Shown: positions 37,001-46,786 of the stretch, in pieces
Position numbering within the stretch: position 1 is the first letter of the stretch
Layout of the letters: every line of letters starts with the position of its first letter
Origin: Tubiluchus corallicola
Taxonomy: Eukaryota; Animalia; Priapulida
NCBI GenBank assembly: GCA_030141605.1
Contig: JAQGDQ010000394.1
Coordinates: 152,241 to 216,240 of the forward strand
Length of the DNA stretch: 64,000 bases
Direction of reading: 5' to 3'
Notes under the pieces: model-generated
What the model was told of the DNA's origin: nothing
Databases searched by the model: none
The model's input: the letters and a program-made list of their open reading frames with translations, nothing else
Made by a program: the position numbers and the translations under genes

Positions 37001-38766
37001 GCAAATGTCATTAATAAATAAATATCTATATTATGTACTAACACTATTAAGTGAAGAACTATCCTGATAATCCAAAAGCAAAAACTTGAAGACAAATTCA
37101 ATGGTCTAAATTATAAGACATTTAAGGTCTTCAAGTGATCTATGAGCTTCAGGCCGACCACTTTTCAAGCCCGACTCTATATGTCATATTAGGGCTGGCA
37201 AATCAGTGGATGCCATCACAGTCCATTACAGGGAAATATTGAGAGACAGTGTATAATTACAAAACAGAATTTTCAAAACTTGAAAAAAAACAAATCGTAA
37301 AGGATTGGATATAAAAACCAGATAGTTTGACCTAGTGGTAATGTGTCCACTTTCCGCATGTGAGGTCATGAGTTCGATACTGCAGGCTAGTCATACCAAA
37401 GACTTTAAAAATGGCACTTAATATTGTCCTGCCTGGCGCATCGTATTTAGGATAAAGGTGGGGTAATAATAGTCTCTGTTAAATGTACTGTGCTATTTAC
37501 AGTCAGTCCAAAAGCTCTTTGAAGCTTATGTTAATTGTTCATCCTAAAAACCAATTTTAAATAAAGATTATTATTATTATCATTATTACATTTCTTTAAA
37601 TATGCAATAGTTCAGGATCTCCATAATTTGACAGACTTGATGGACATAGTCTTGGATGCGATGGACGTAATTTTAAGCGTCCACTCACTGAATTGATGGA
37701 TATATTCCGATGGACTTGATGAACGTCCGTTAACCATTTCAATGAACTTATTGGACGTATTTTTGGACACAACAGACGTAAATTGAGCACTCGTTTACTA
37801 AACCGATGGACCAATGTAATCTTGGACATCATAGATATAATATCGAGCTTTCATTTGCTAAACTAAAGACCTATTTTGCTAGATCTAATTTACATCCATT
37901 ATTATGTGGATTTAGAATGTAGTTTTGAGAATCCATTCAATTAATAATTTAAAGTAAACCGATGGACCTGTAGACGCAATTCTTGACATGTTTGGTGGTG
38001 AGCTGGACGTTAGTTTAACCATGAAGATTGTTGCTATTACACTTTCCCACCTCATACTTTTTTATTTATTGTGAAAATGTCTATCACGTCCATTAAATTA
38101 GAGGATGGATGTCCAACTTGCGTCCAAAGTGTCCATCACGTTCATCACATCCATTCATTTGTGATTTGCCAATTGTTCAGGCTGCATTTTTATGATTCCT
38201 TGTCACATTCAGTAGGTATATTTCTTTACATGCTCATAAATGTTATGGTTGGCCAAATTCTAGTTGGAGTGAATATACAAAAACACAAATTCTTTTAATG
38301 TTAATCATTGTCCACAGTCTATAGTTTGCTGTACAGTTAATAAGTTGGTCAAACTCCTAGCCCCAAAAATCAGGTGGTTAACTAGTGTTCTGCATTTCTA
38401 AAACTATGTAAGCCTAACAAAAATGTAGAAAACTACATTCAAAAAATTAAATTAAACAGTTACTGGACCAAGCTATGTTTATGTAACCAGATGGCAGCAC
38501 CAGTGTCACTTTTTTCCTTCACTCAATTTTACTTTCACTGGCACATGTAGTATTACGAATATTGTGACTATACTCAGTAACATTTTTACCTTTAACGTAT
38601 TTGTTGGCAACTTATGTTTACTTTCATAGTTTTGGACTTTGTTTTGACCTATGTGCAATATGGAAGCAGGCGAAAGATATCCAGTTTTTGAACTTCCACT
38701 AGAAATTCCGGAAGATGGAGATTCACATCTCATATTCATGCCTCCCCCACTCGAGGCTGACGCCAT
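914..38766 (-). CDS. CTTNBP2: Cortactin-binding protein 2 orthologue, whole gene span (20 coding exons, ~1460 aa)
   Basis: Manual exon chaining with GT-AG sites; exon lengths sum to 4383 nt with consistent phases. Hallmark motifs LSKTELLQLLSYLEGELQAREVVI, YGKFGLDDPYAALIRD, HAQDTAQGDDVTYMLEKDRERL, PPPVPPNKP, ankyrin repeats, P-loop GPSGVGKS, LDLSIQQRFRWV. Confidence 0.93.
1536..1650. repeat. 37-bp tandem repeat, 3 copies
   Basis: CTGTGGTCAGCAATGAATCGTCACTGCGGGCCTTTGA. Confidence 0.9.
2100..2259 (-). CDS. CTTNBP2: CTTNBP2 exon 19
   Basis: DKDRYIGSYRGG...EPINIPHP; GAAG acceptor, AA|GTATGT donor. Confidence 0.75.
2494..2582. repeat. 45-bp tandem duplication
   Basis: TGAAGAACAGAATTTTGTAGTGCATTTATAACTAAGGGTATGGC twice. 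Confidence 0.9.
2989..3293 (-). CDS. CTTNBP2: CTTNBP2 exon 18
   Basis: VEWVFSVWQRLNECLAKLGLPELVFGPRHFYSCP...WNHAIAPAVENAI...AVLPGCP; TTTCAG acceptor, GTATGA donor. Confidence 0.92.
3751..4111. repeat. 25-bp minisatellite, ~14 copies
   Basis: TTTTGCTATTATGTATATTCATCAG. Confidence 0.95.
4377..4608 (-). CDS. CTTNBP2: CTTNBP2 exon 17
   Basis: CYIIGTMDKSRSQSLDLSIQQRFRWVHCRIDTEPV; TGTAG acceptor, GTGCGT donor. Confidence 0.9.
5353..5741. mobile_element. MITE-like element, possibly Tc1/mariner-pogo derived
   Basis: 24-bp terminal inverted repeats CACTCATATCTYGGTYTGCCGGAC (22/24); left flank TA, right flank TG; no coding capacity. Confidence 0.7.
5835..5990 (-). CDS. CTTNBP2: CTTNBP2 exon 16 (Walker B-like)
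   Basis: PVIILDDLSKIDVSEVFGEILTAIERRG; TACAG acceptor, GTTTGC donor. Confidence 0.9.
7519..7705 (-). CDS. CTTNBP2: CTTNBP2 exon 15 (Walker A)
   Basis: IDQYRSLVFYGPSGVGKSYLAKKLA; TTTAG acceptor, GTAAGA donor. Confidence 0.92.
7782..8250. mobile_element. MITE-like element with hAT-style CAG...CTG ends
   Basis: CAGTGGCGGCTC and GAGCCACCACTG ends; GCAGCA(G)CCCC-like subterminal motifs; no clean target-site duplication. Confidence 0.55.
10125..10300 (-). CDS. CTTNBP2: CTTNBP2 exon 14
   Basis: LDNLAYDTLIPTGTLHNYLRL motif preceding the P-loop; TATAG acceptor, GTAGGT donor. Confidence 0.9.
11231..11326. repeat. 18-bp tandem repeat (5 copies) spanning the exon 13 donor
   Basis: Unit CACACTACTCACCTATC(G/A). 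Confidence 0.95.
11315..11593 (-). CDS. CTTNBP2: CTTNBP2 exon 13
   Basis: Within ORF 11307-11609 (IGTVMINCATTWQVLE...LGLTFESVKECAIG); CCTAG acceptor, GTGAGT donor. Confidence 0.88.
11676..13623. repeat. 50-bp tandem array (~39 copies) filling CTTNBP2 intron 12
   Basis: Unit GACCTGAAAGCCTACAGTATGACATTTCTACAATGTGAAAGTTGATTACT; exact period 50 with no indels. Confidence 0.98.
13624..13741 (-). CDS. CTTNBP2: CTTNBP2 exon 12
   Basis: Hand translation ECLEVLHVHSLVSLLARDKQGKKPVDVASSACKQILHSI; TTACAG acceptor, GTTTGT donor. Confidence 0.85.
14469..14652 (-). CDS. CTTNBP2: CTTNBP2 exon 11
   Basis: FIPYRSPYRKP...DEMGQTLTHAAALQQSP; CGTAG acceptor, GTGAGT donor. Confidence 0.82.
14769..14947 (-). CDS. 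CTTNBP2: CTTNBP2 exon 10
   Basis: NGCTAMHCSIEENHPDCLELLI; TTTCAG acceptor, GTATGT donor, phase 2 fits the next exon. Confidence 0.85.
15365..15658. repeat. 78-bp tandem repeat, ~3.8 diverged copies
   Basis: CTGCTA(G/A)TTTTG starts at 15365, 15443, 15521 and ~15599. Confidence 0.88.
15935..16088 (-). CDS. CTTNBP2: CTTNBP2 exon 9 (ankyrin)
   Basis: Hand translation CVRLLVDAGADATIQDQNGKTALHLASTAGHVDCVKLLV; TTTCAG acceptor, GTAGGT donor. Confidence 0.9.
16784..16883 (-). CDS. CTTNBP2: CTTNBP2 exon 8 (ankyrin)
   Basis: FLQLLLEKEPNLN...GTTALHAAALYGHE; TACAG acceptor, GTAAGT donor. Confidence 0.9.
16907..17895. repeat. ~195-bp direct repeat pair (16907-17101 and 17701-17895) in CTTNBP2 intron 7
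   Basis: Near-identical GTGACAGTAAACAACGC...GGAATGGGAACACT blocks 794 bp apart. Confidence 0.92.
18093..18218 (-). CDS. CTTNBP2: CTTNBP2 exon 7 (ankyrin repeats)
   Basis: AADMGDTDKLKSLL...STALIIAASKGHD; TTTAG acceptor, GTGAGT donor. Confidence 0.9.
19111..19173 (-). CDS. CTTNBP2: CTTNBP2 exon 6 (GPPSVDDDNSSTVLTQLLFT)
   Basis: TTACAG acceptor, CTG|GTGAGT donor, 63 nt, phase 1-1, leads into the first ankyrin helix. Confidence 0.75.
21845..23081 (-). CDS. CTTNBP2: CTTNBP2 exon 5 (coiled coil plus Pro/Ser-rich region with PPPVPPNKP)
   Basis: Matches the 430-aa ORF 21747-23039; CTTTAG acceptor, CAG|GTAAAC donor. Confidence 0.93.
23741..24073. repeat. 31-bp minisatellite, ~10.5 copies
   Basis: GATTGGGATTCGGTTTCGATTTCGAAGCTCA. 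Confidence 0.95.
29613..29720 (-). CDS. CTTNBP2: CTTNBP2 exon 4 (VVNELEEEKKKHAQDTAQGDDVTYMLEKDRERLRVE)
   Basis: Not in the ORF track; translated by hand; CTGCAG acceptor, GAG|GTGTGT donor; family signature motif. Confidence 0.93.
30531..30770 (-). CDS. CTTNBP2: CTTNBP2 exon 3 (SEKAKSLLYQAKYGKFGLDDPY...EKRHSK)
   Basis: TTTCAG acceptor, AAG|GTACGA donor, 80 codons. Confidence 0.93.
31564..32007. mobile_element. MITE-like element, family copy 1
   Basis: CAGGGCCGTCTTAAC and GTTAAGACGACACTG ends (13/15); internal similarity to 46237-46786. Confidence 0.65.
32319..32423 (-). CDS. CTTNBP2: CTTNBP2 exon 2 (RHPKMLELSKTELL...IATLR)
   Basis: TACAG acceptor, CGG|GTAAAC donor; CortBP2 N-terminal motif. 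Confidence 0.93.
33557..34286. repeat. 28-bp minisatellite, ~26 copies
   Basis: GTGTTAAAGGTTCACCTAACAATACATT. Confidence 0.96.
35064..35258. repeat. 54-bp tandem repeat, ~3.6 copies
   Basis: AGCATTGTTTACAGTCGACAATGGGAGAGCAAACTTCTAATGTCATGTGACATA. Confidence 0.92.
37317..37589 (+). mobile_element. tRNA-derived SINE
   Basis: A-box-like GACCTAGTGG, B-box-like GAGTTCGATAC, body GTCATACCAAAGACTTTAAAAATGG...CCTGCCTGGCGC, (TTA)n tail. Confidence 0.7.
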
Positions 38767-39046
38767 TTTTGATTTATCAAAGAAGAGCACACCACATATT
38801 ACAGAGATTTAACACAGTTAGTCTCTTTCTGCGAGGATCCTAAACGAGTCCCACAAAGCACGAATTCTACGTGATTAACATTAGCCAATTTATCACTTCC
38901 GCTTGCTGTAATGCACGCAAAAACTTTAAAATCGTTAAAATAATCCATAAGAACACAAAACACTCATCAATTGCAACTGGTCACGTGACCAGTGACACTG
39001 ATGCTGCCATCTGGTTATGTAAACATAGCTTCGTCCAGTAGCTGTT
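38455..39046. repeat. 56-bp inverted repeat pair (38455-38510 and 38991-39046)
   Basis: 51 of 56 positions are complementary by hand alignment; 480-bp spacer. Confidence 0.93.
38590..38766 (-). CDS. CTTNBP2: CTTNBP2 exon 1 (MASASSGGG...PTNTLK)
   Basis: AAAATGG start context; donor AAG|GTAAAA; phase 0 joins RHPKMLELSK of exon 2. Confidence 0.75.
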
Positions 39047-39050
39047 GGTA
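38767..39050. promoter_or_regulatory. Putative bidirectional promoter between CTTNBP2 and HYLS1
   Basis: Immediately upstream of the CTTNBP2 ATG; CCAAT at 38885, ETS-like CACTTCCG near 38894, 18-bp palindrome ACTGGTCACGTGACCAGT at 38976-38993. Confidence 0.55.
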
Positions 39051-40816
39051 CAGCATAATTTGAATTCTAGTTAATTTATCGTGTTTGTGATTTTTATAAT
39101 AATCATTATTATTTTGGTTTTAAAGTTTTATTTGGATTAATGTGTGGTGCGTTTTATCAATTATAAAGCGTAGTGATTTGATTTTTTTAGTTTTTGTAAA
39201 TAAATTTGTGTTACAGTGTAGGACCTACGTGTTTTGGGCATCTAATAATAATACACCAATCCAGTGAATATGACAGTTTTAGTACTACTATAGTATTTTC
39301 TTCAGAATTTTCGGAATTTAGTTGAAATATAAGCAGAGGGTCCGTATTTCAAATTCTGTCTGCATCCCAACTTTTTCACATTTCCATAAGTTTAGTGTTA
39401 ACATTTTATAATAAACATCTATATTTATACTATGTCTATAGTGACATTGTAACAATCAATTTTGAGAAATGTTTGTGATATTCATTGAAAGTTAAAAATT
39501 AACTGCGGTTATGTGCACAGTAGTTGTTGCCCACGCTTTAATACAAGGAAAGTACAGTTTAAACCAGTACTGTGCAAAAGTAAAGCTTACAGCAAATTAT
39601 AAAATAAAGCTTGTTACCTGTATACATGTTTTACTGCTTTCTACTGGGGTTTTGAGCTAAAGCTGAAAATGCTGATTAACTGACAGCTCGATAAATGTTT
39701 AAGTGATTTAAGAATCTCTTCAAAATTGGCTTCTAAACCTTCAAAGATGATCTAAGATCCACGCTTAGAGCTTGTAAGACTCTAGTGCCCAGAGCTAAGA
39801 CAGGAGCACATCGTGCTCCCCTAAATCATCCATTTACACCTTCTTTGCATCTGTTCTACAAAATTGTAACCCGTTACAAGTGATGTCACTATCATGCACA
39901 GTCAAGGAATATTTTTAATGATGCAAAGATGTATTTGTTTGTTGATTGCATAACTGTGTAAGGTTACGCATTGCGAGCTTAATAGAAATAAGCCCAAGTT
40001 TTTGTACGTTGTGGAATCTGAGGTTGTTTTTTCTGAATTTGTAAAATTATTAAATTACTTGATAGGCTCTGATTCTTTGAACTTGAGTACGTTACTGACA
40101 ATGGATTTGAAATAGCAGTTTAGGGTTTAGGTATCGGAAACTTTAAAAACTTTAAATACTTCACATGTAACAAACATGCAGGATAAGTCATTAAGTGCAC
40201 CTCTCAGCATAGTTTTTAATAGTCTGTGACAGAGAAATTTTAGCCCCTTTCACCAGCATTACATAAAGTTCTAAAAATGATTATCCACCTTTTATAGGAT
40301 GCACTTTGTTTACTTCAGAAGCAAAAGTACAAATTACTCTGTCTTGTCTTTGATAAGCTTAGTAATATGTTTTTGACAAAAACAATCATGTTTTCCCAGT
40401 CCAGATGAGTATTTTAATTTACTACTTTTCTTTGAGTTACATGAATCTTTCAAAGAGATAAGCATAATGCTAAATGTTATAGTTTCATGTGAAAACTTTT
40501 TATAATGTGCAATTCAAATTGCTTTTTCCCTTTACCATATTTCGTATAGGTGTATGCATATAAGAAATGCGTATTTGTAAGTATTTTAGTAATATACTTA
40601 GGTTTTAAAGATAAGTGTCTTTAAATTTGTTGATTATGTTTTGTATTGTACATAATAATCATTGCCTTTGATCATTGCATTAAATGCATCTAAAATGTTC
40701 AAATTGTTAAATTTTTAAAATTTATTATTATTTTAGGAATGCCAAAATTCACAAATACAGCCTAAACACATGTTTTTCTTATTTTCAAGATCCATATAAA
40801 GTCTGCATGCGACTTC

Positions 40817-41030
40817 ATGGCTGAGAAAAACCAGTCCTCCAGCTTCTCATCCTCCGCTAGTGATGCGTCCACTAGGAGGCGGGTTGCCGGATCAAGACCA
40901 ATGAAGCGGAAAGTGCTAAGACAAGTGAATGGAGAATCTCGAATTTTTGACGAAAGTAGTGTCAGCGAGACAAGCATTTTAGATGAATTCAGCTCTACTT
41001 CTAACCATGGGGACCTGCTGAGGAATTCAG
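40817..41030 (+). CDS. HYLS1: HYLS1 first clear coding exon
   Basis: ATG at 40817; MKRKVLR motif; donor CAG|GTGTTA; an upstream acceptor TTTTCAAG at 40789 suggests a further 5' exon. Confidence 0.82.
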
Positions 41031-44000
41031 GTGTTAAATAGTATTTGTTTGTGTTCCACGCCTTGCTTAAGACGAAAATTAGTTCTAGTCTAATTGACAA
41101 AATATAAGTTTATAATTTACACCAAACATGCGGTAATTTTGGCCTAATTTACAATACTATAGCTTAGGTGAGGCTTTTTTATGGTTTTTTTTAACTCTAT
41201 GCCCTTTGTAAGCTAGATCAAAAACTTGAAATCCACTAAATGCATGAAACTAATTTTAAAAGTCAGAAAAATTTGTCAATTTCCACTGGTGTTTGAACCC
41301 AGGCTTTCTGTTTGAACCACAGAAGAAGAGATAGAAGAACTGAAGCACCGACAAAAGGGGATTTTTTTTCTTAGAAACTGGTAGCTTTAGAATCACTCTC
41401 AACTTGTACTGAAATCTGCATTTATGCAACACAATTTGGCTATGCCTATACTATATGCGAATGATTTGATGTCTGAACGTAACAACTGGAAATTTAGCTA
41501 AATACTGTTGCTAGTTTAGGAAGTTCGGAAAAAATGGCTGTCAACATTTTGACTTAACGCTGATCTAGGCTTGTCGTTTCGGTGGTGCTACGTTTTAAGA
41601 AAACATTGCTCATCCCATCTCTTGATGCTACACATTCCTGTTTCGCTGCCACCTATAAAATCTAAGAAATTCTTAACACTAATCTAACACTGAACACAGA
41701 ATCGAATCCTAAAAATTTTGCAGTGACAAGATGACTTAATTGTGGGATTTTCTCAGTATTAGTCACTTAGTTAAGTTAGTTGCTTGTCTTCTTCTGGCAT
41801 AGAGACTGGGATATAAGTGACTGGGATAATTACTCTCGGCTGTATCCTTGGGAAAAATTTTCGCACAATTTCAAGAAATTGTATAAAAATGGATGTTTAT
41901 TTGCATTGATTTTGCAAATATGATTTTTCTATTGATTAATCATTCAATGTCATCCTAATACTCATTATTGTATTAAGTTCTACAGTCCTGCATGATTATA
42001 ATATTGGTGCCTGACTATGTGTAATTTTAGAAATTTTATATTCTTATACTTTTTGTGATTTGTTTTAATCTATCTATTTTTCGTGGGTTTGGTCTTTAGG
42101 CAAGTATCATTTTAGACACTAGTTACATGGTGGTACCATCTAGGGAGCACCAGAAGAAAATAATTACATTTTATAACAAAACAACTTCAGGTAATAGTTA
42201 TAGTTATATAACTGTTATGATATCATTAATTTTCATGTTTACTTATGAGTTCGCTCTCAGGTATAACCGGGTTTTGGTTATCTAGAGGTCCGTTTTTTCA
42301 ATTTTAGGTTTTTGTGGGGCTTTTGCGTTAGTTTGAAGAGTTACTTTAAATAGCTTGAGTTTCTTTAAATAGGCTTTAGATAGGCTTTAAATAGGCTGTA
42401 TAACTCTAGTTAAAGAATTCTGGAATTCTTGCTTGATTTAAATTTAAAACAAATCGTACCTCACAACACAGTTGTTATGATTGCAATGATATTTGTATGA
42501 AAAAATCTGTTTCTAAATTCTTTATAAGAAGAACAGTACCCATTTCATATACAACTCACTATATATAATAATTTTTATACTCCATCAAAAACCCTAAAGT
42601 GATTTGTTTATCTATGTCAGAGAAACTATCCAGAGCTTTCATTTTGATAAATCAAAAATTTTATGTCCAGCTAAAAACATCACTAAATGTGTGTAGCTGA
42701 ATTAGTTTTATTTGTGAAAAAAATTGGAAATTGGCTTTAAAGCAAAATCAAGATTTTGTTCTGCAAAACATTTTGCTGTCTAAATATTTTGCACCTTTAA
42801 TTAATCATTAACTATAGCTTACATTTTTAGTTTTTTTCGCCATTGTTATCATGTCCATTGATACTTGTTGTTTTGCCATAATGTTTTCGTTTTGTTCCAG
42901 ACATGTTAAGTTATATTTCTTGATGATGACTGCAGTACAAACAGTACAAAGATTGTGAATATAAAAATAATAAAATTTAAAGTGGGTTGTTTATTATTCC
43001 TAACATCATTTTATTTCGAACATACTTTACATAGGTATTTCATGAAAAAGTCTTATTGGTCAATATTAATTACACGATTAGTAATTAAAAAAGCGTAACG
43101 ATAGTAAAAAAGATTAACACACATTATGAAATTATGTGGGTTTCGGCACCATTTTTGTTAAGTTTTGGATCCGATACATAGAAAGAAAATCATCTTTAGA
43201 AATAGAAATTTGCGAACTAAATATTCTTTTTTATGTACAGGAAGAAGCCATGACATAAACTAAACTAAACATATCTTTCTTTAGAAATTGACCTAGTTAG
43301 AAGCCTGAACTGTATTGAAGCCCATATGAATAAAGCAGAATTTAATTTCTCGGCAAATCTAGCTTTTGTGCAAACATGAATGTTGCCTTTGAATGTTTAA
43401 GAATTAGTCAATGTATTTGATTTGATAATGAAAAAACAAACTTTTAAATTCACAATAAAATAATATTGCTGCTGTGCACCGATTGCTGCAAACATCTTTT
43501 GTTTTTAAGTTGGCGTGCTAATGTTTCTGTGATTTTACATATGCCTGTTTTTGATAAATTTGTCAAGTATGCATCATGATGATTACAATAACAGATTTAG
43601 ATTTGTGTTGTAACATGTCTGATGTTTATAACTGTTTATGTTTCCAGGACCATACGATAGACAACCAACATACCAAAGGCCCGAGTGGCGTCATCCTCCA
43701 TACAATGATGAAGAAGACGATGTTGAAAGTGTTACCTCCGAGAGGTCATCTTTCTCGTACCCCAGGTCTTATCTGGTCCCCACCGAACAGGACGTTATTC
43801 AAGGTAAGGCTGCATCAAAGTGCGATCCTGTGCGACAGTACCATATGTACCGGCAAATGTGGGAAGCGCACGAACCTCCGGGGGTGAAGCGACACGATGC
43901 TCTCCGCTGGGCAATACGGGAACAGATGCTGTGTTACGACGCGCCACCTCGGCGGCCACGAATCTCAGCCACAGTGACCTCTGGTTTGTACAAAGATAAA

Positions 44001-44051
44001 CGGCTACCAAGGTGGGACATACCACGTGTATTTGAAGATGACTGGTTATGA
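40817..44051 (+). CDS. HYLS1: Hydrolethalus syndrome protein 1-like (centriole/ciliogenesis protein), ~205 aa from two clear coding exons
   Basis: RPMKRKVLRQVNGESRIFDES and KCDPVRQYHMYRQMWEAHEPPGVKRHDALRWAIREQMLC resemble human HYLS1 PVMKRKVLRR..G....DES and KTDRVARY...W....PGEDHRKELRWGVREQMLC as recalled; exons join in phase 1. Confidence 0.88.
42116..42190 (+). CDS. HYLS1: Possible HYLS1 internal cassette exon (TSYMVVPSREHQKKIITFYNKTTS)
   Basis: TTTTAG acceptor, CAG|GTAATA donor, 75 nt, open in phase 1-1; no homology support. Confidence 0.35.
43648..44051 (+). CDS. HYLS1: HYLS1 terminal coding exon (HYLS1 C-terminal box)
   Basis: TTTCCAG acceptor; ORF 43638-44051; TGA stop; candidate AATAAA at 45756-45761. 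Confidence 0.9.
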
Positions 44052-46236
44052 TAGTAACAGCACAGTGAATGCCAATGAGTATAGTGATAGTTAATGAATT
44101 GAATTGTTTGCAAACCCAGTCTTCAGATTGTAAAGTTATGACTTGAATGTAACTTGTTGGATGTTCATTTGCCTAATTTTACAGCAAGAAAATATGTATA
44201 CAGATGCACTGAGACTCGATTTGTCCTTCCACCTTCTGGTGACTGTTAACATGGTAAATGTAAAAGTGCCTTGTAGAGTGTGGAAGGTTTGGGCAGCTTC
44301 CACACAATGCTGAACAAAATTGTTAGGCTGGCCATCTTTTTGCACTAAATGTTGCTTATATTTCACACTATAGAATTGACATCTTTTATATGCTGTCAGA
44401 TTTCTTTGTACTGCCTGCAGTTTTTGGGACAGCAAAAAGCTTGCATTATAACAAGGTGCGTTAATACACACGTCTATGGAACATACATTGTACTTTGTTT
44501 TGATCAAAATTTGGGCGTTAAACGAGATTGGCATTTAACTGTAAAGAGGAGCATTTTAACGAGGTTTGACTGTAACAATAGCCGAAAAATGTCTTCTTGT
44601 GCGTTTCGTAATACGACTAGCATGAAAGCTAAGACAACAAATTGAATTGAATTGAACAAGTAAATGCAACATCATTGGTTCGTTTACAGTTAAATATGAC
44701 GTCTTGAATACAGATTACTCTTATGTCGTAAACTTACAAGCTATTAGACATTACCTTAAAATCTTAGTCATTGTATTGTATTATTTTTTCAAATGTTTTT
44801 GGCAAAAGTTGAATGTAGTATGACCAAATTAAGTTCTTTGAAAATCGTTTAGCAATGTTTTTAAGAATATCTAATTATTTAATGAGTAGGCTTTTTCCAC
44901 AGAGGGTAATTTAAATGGGATGATTTTGCTTTATAAATACTGTGCAACAGAAGCTGAAAATTATGCAAAACTTGCTGTTTTGCGAACTTTGATGAAAGCA
45001 CATTGTCCACGTTTTCTGTATATTTTACTGATGCTTGTATAAATATAATACAATTAGTTTTAATATTTGAGCTAAAGTATGCTAATGCTAGCAAGGTAAA
45101 GAAATTAAATGCCAAAGGTGCTTGTTAAAATTGTGCACGTTTATATCTCACAAATTGTTGCATGATGCATTTCCTTGCTTTACAAAAAATGATTAACTTG
45201 ATATATCTGAAATATTTTTTTAAATTGTTTGGCATTTTTCTCATGCATATATCACAATTAGTTCACATTCATTTTGTGTTTTTAACATTAGTTATGCTTG
45301 TCTCTCTGATATTTTCAAGAAACAGCAACTTGTAAGCTCCATTTTTGCAAGTTAAATTTGAGCAGTAGTCTCAACTAATTTATATTAAAGGTTGAATTCG
45401 TGATTGTAATTTTGATATGTTTTTCAACGGGATGATATTGAACACTATAATATGCCAGCTGTTTATTTGTATTTTTGATAATATTAGTAGTTTTTGATAA
45501 TATTTGCACCACTGTTTTGCACTTGTTTTTATAAAAACACAGAATGTACAGAATGGGTGTCGGAGGAAGTTGCATTGACAGTTTATCAAAGGTAATCTAT
45601 TGTTTTTGTGTAAAAGGTGGTAAGAGTGGATTATTAATGTTTGAAAGACAATCTTGCTGTGCAGCCATTTTGATTAACTGCATGTAAACTAGGCATGTTC
45701 CACATGTACACAATAATTATTGTCCATAATAACTTTGTATAATAGTATTTTGTAAAATAAACATGCAAATCGCTGTTTACTTTTCTTATTTGTTTACTTA
45801 CTTATTGATCAAAAGTTTTAGCCTGCATTACTCATCCAAGTGATCATCAAGAAATTGGTGTTTTACTAATCACATTAATTCAATCAGTTAGTCAGCATTT
45901 CTGATTATAGTTTATAATTTATTCTTTACAGCTCTGCAACATCCACGATAAATTTTACACAAAAAATATAACGTATCTGTTTCACAACGAGCAACAGTAT
46001 AAAACTTACAATATTAAATAATTATTCAACACAAAAACCATAGTATTTCACACTGTTTATAGACACATTATAGACTGTTAACGAAAGATTCACATGTTTA
46101 CTATTTACAACATCTGCACTAAATAACCTTAAAACAGTTTAATTTATTAATTTGTACTTATGTACCAGTGACATGATACATTCATTTGAAACTGGGTAAA
46201 TTAAACAAGTCAAGAGAATTACATACAATGTATAAA

Positions 46237-46786
46237 CACGGCCACCATCTTAACAGCATTATAGGACCCTGGGGAAAGCAGGCGCCACCTACACAACAAC
46301 TCGCAAAAATAGATACATATGTTTATCACACTGGTACTTCCAACAAAATCAATGTTAAAAAACATGCTGTACAACAAAAATTAATCCACACAAACCTTTG
46401 AATAATATAACACGTTCTTTGAGAAACACGAAAATTTCAACATATAAATGTTACTCAATTGGTAAAACATACAAACAGAGATGGCACAGTATGAAATTAC
46501 TATGGATTAGCTATTATTAATAAAGTATACAACACAAACATTTACGAAATTTCTTTGCAGAGAATTGCTTTATGACTGACTTGAGAAGTCTTTGGTATTC
46601 AGGATGTCATTTTTCATGAGCATGAGTAAAAGCCAGATGAAACGTTCTTGTCTCAAGCACTTAGTATTTATTTGTTGACAGTAAGTCACAACATACACAG
46701 ACTTATTAATAGCATGGGGTCCCTACGCTTGAGACCCCTCCCACGGGCAACTGCCCAGCGTGACCATTCATTAAGATGGCCCCCTA
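46237..46786. mobile_element. MITE-like element, family copy 2
   Basis: Shares TCTTAACA.CATTAT.GG, AAAAACATGCTGTACA, TACGCTTG and TGCCCAG...TTAAGA blocks in the same order as 31564-32007. Confidence 0.6.

Noticed and set aside
37320-37395. tRNA gene
   Set aside because: A and B boxes are present but I could not fold a full cloverleaf, and it continues into a SINE-like body and (TTA)n tail.
44136-44645. 132- and 98-aa ORFs after HYLS1
   Set aside because: Lie in the probable 3' UTR with no recognisable similarity.
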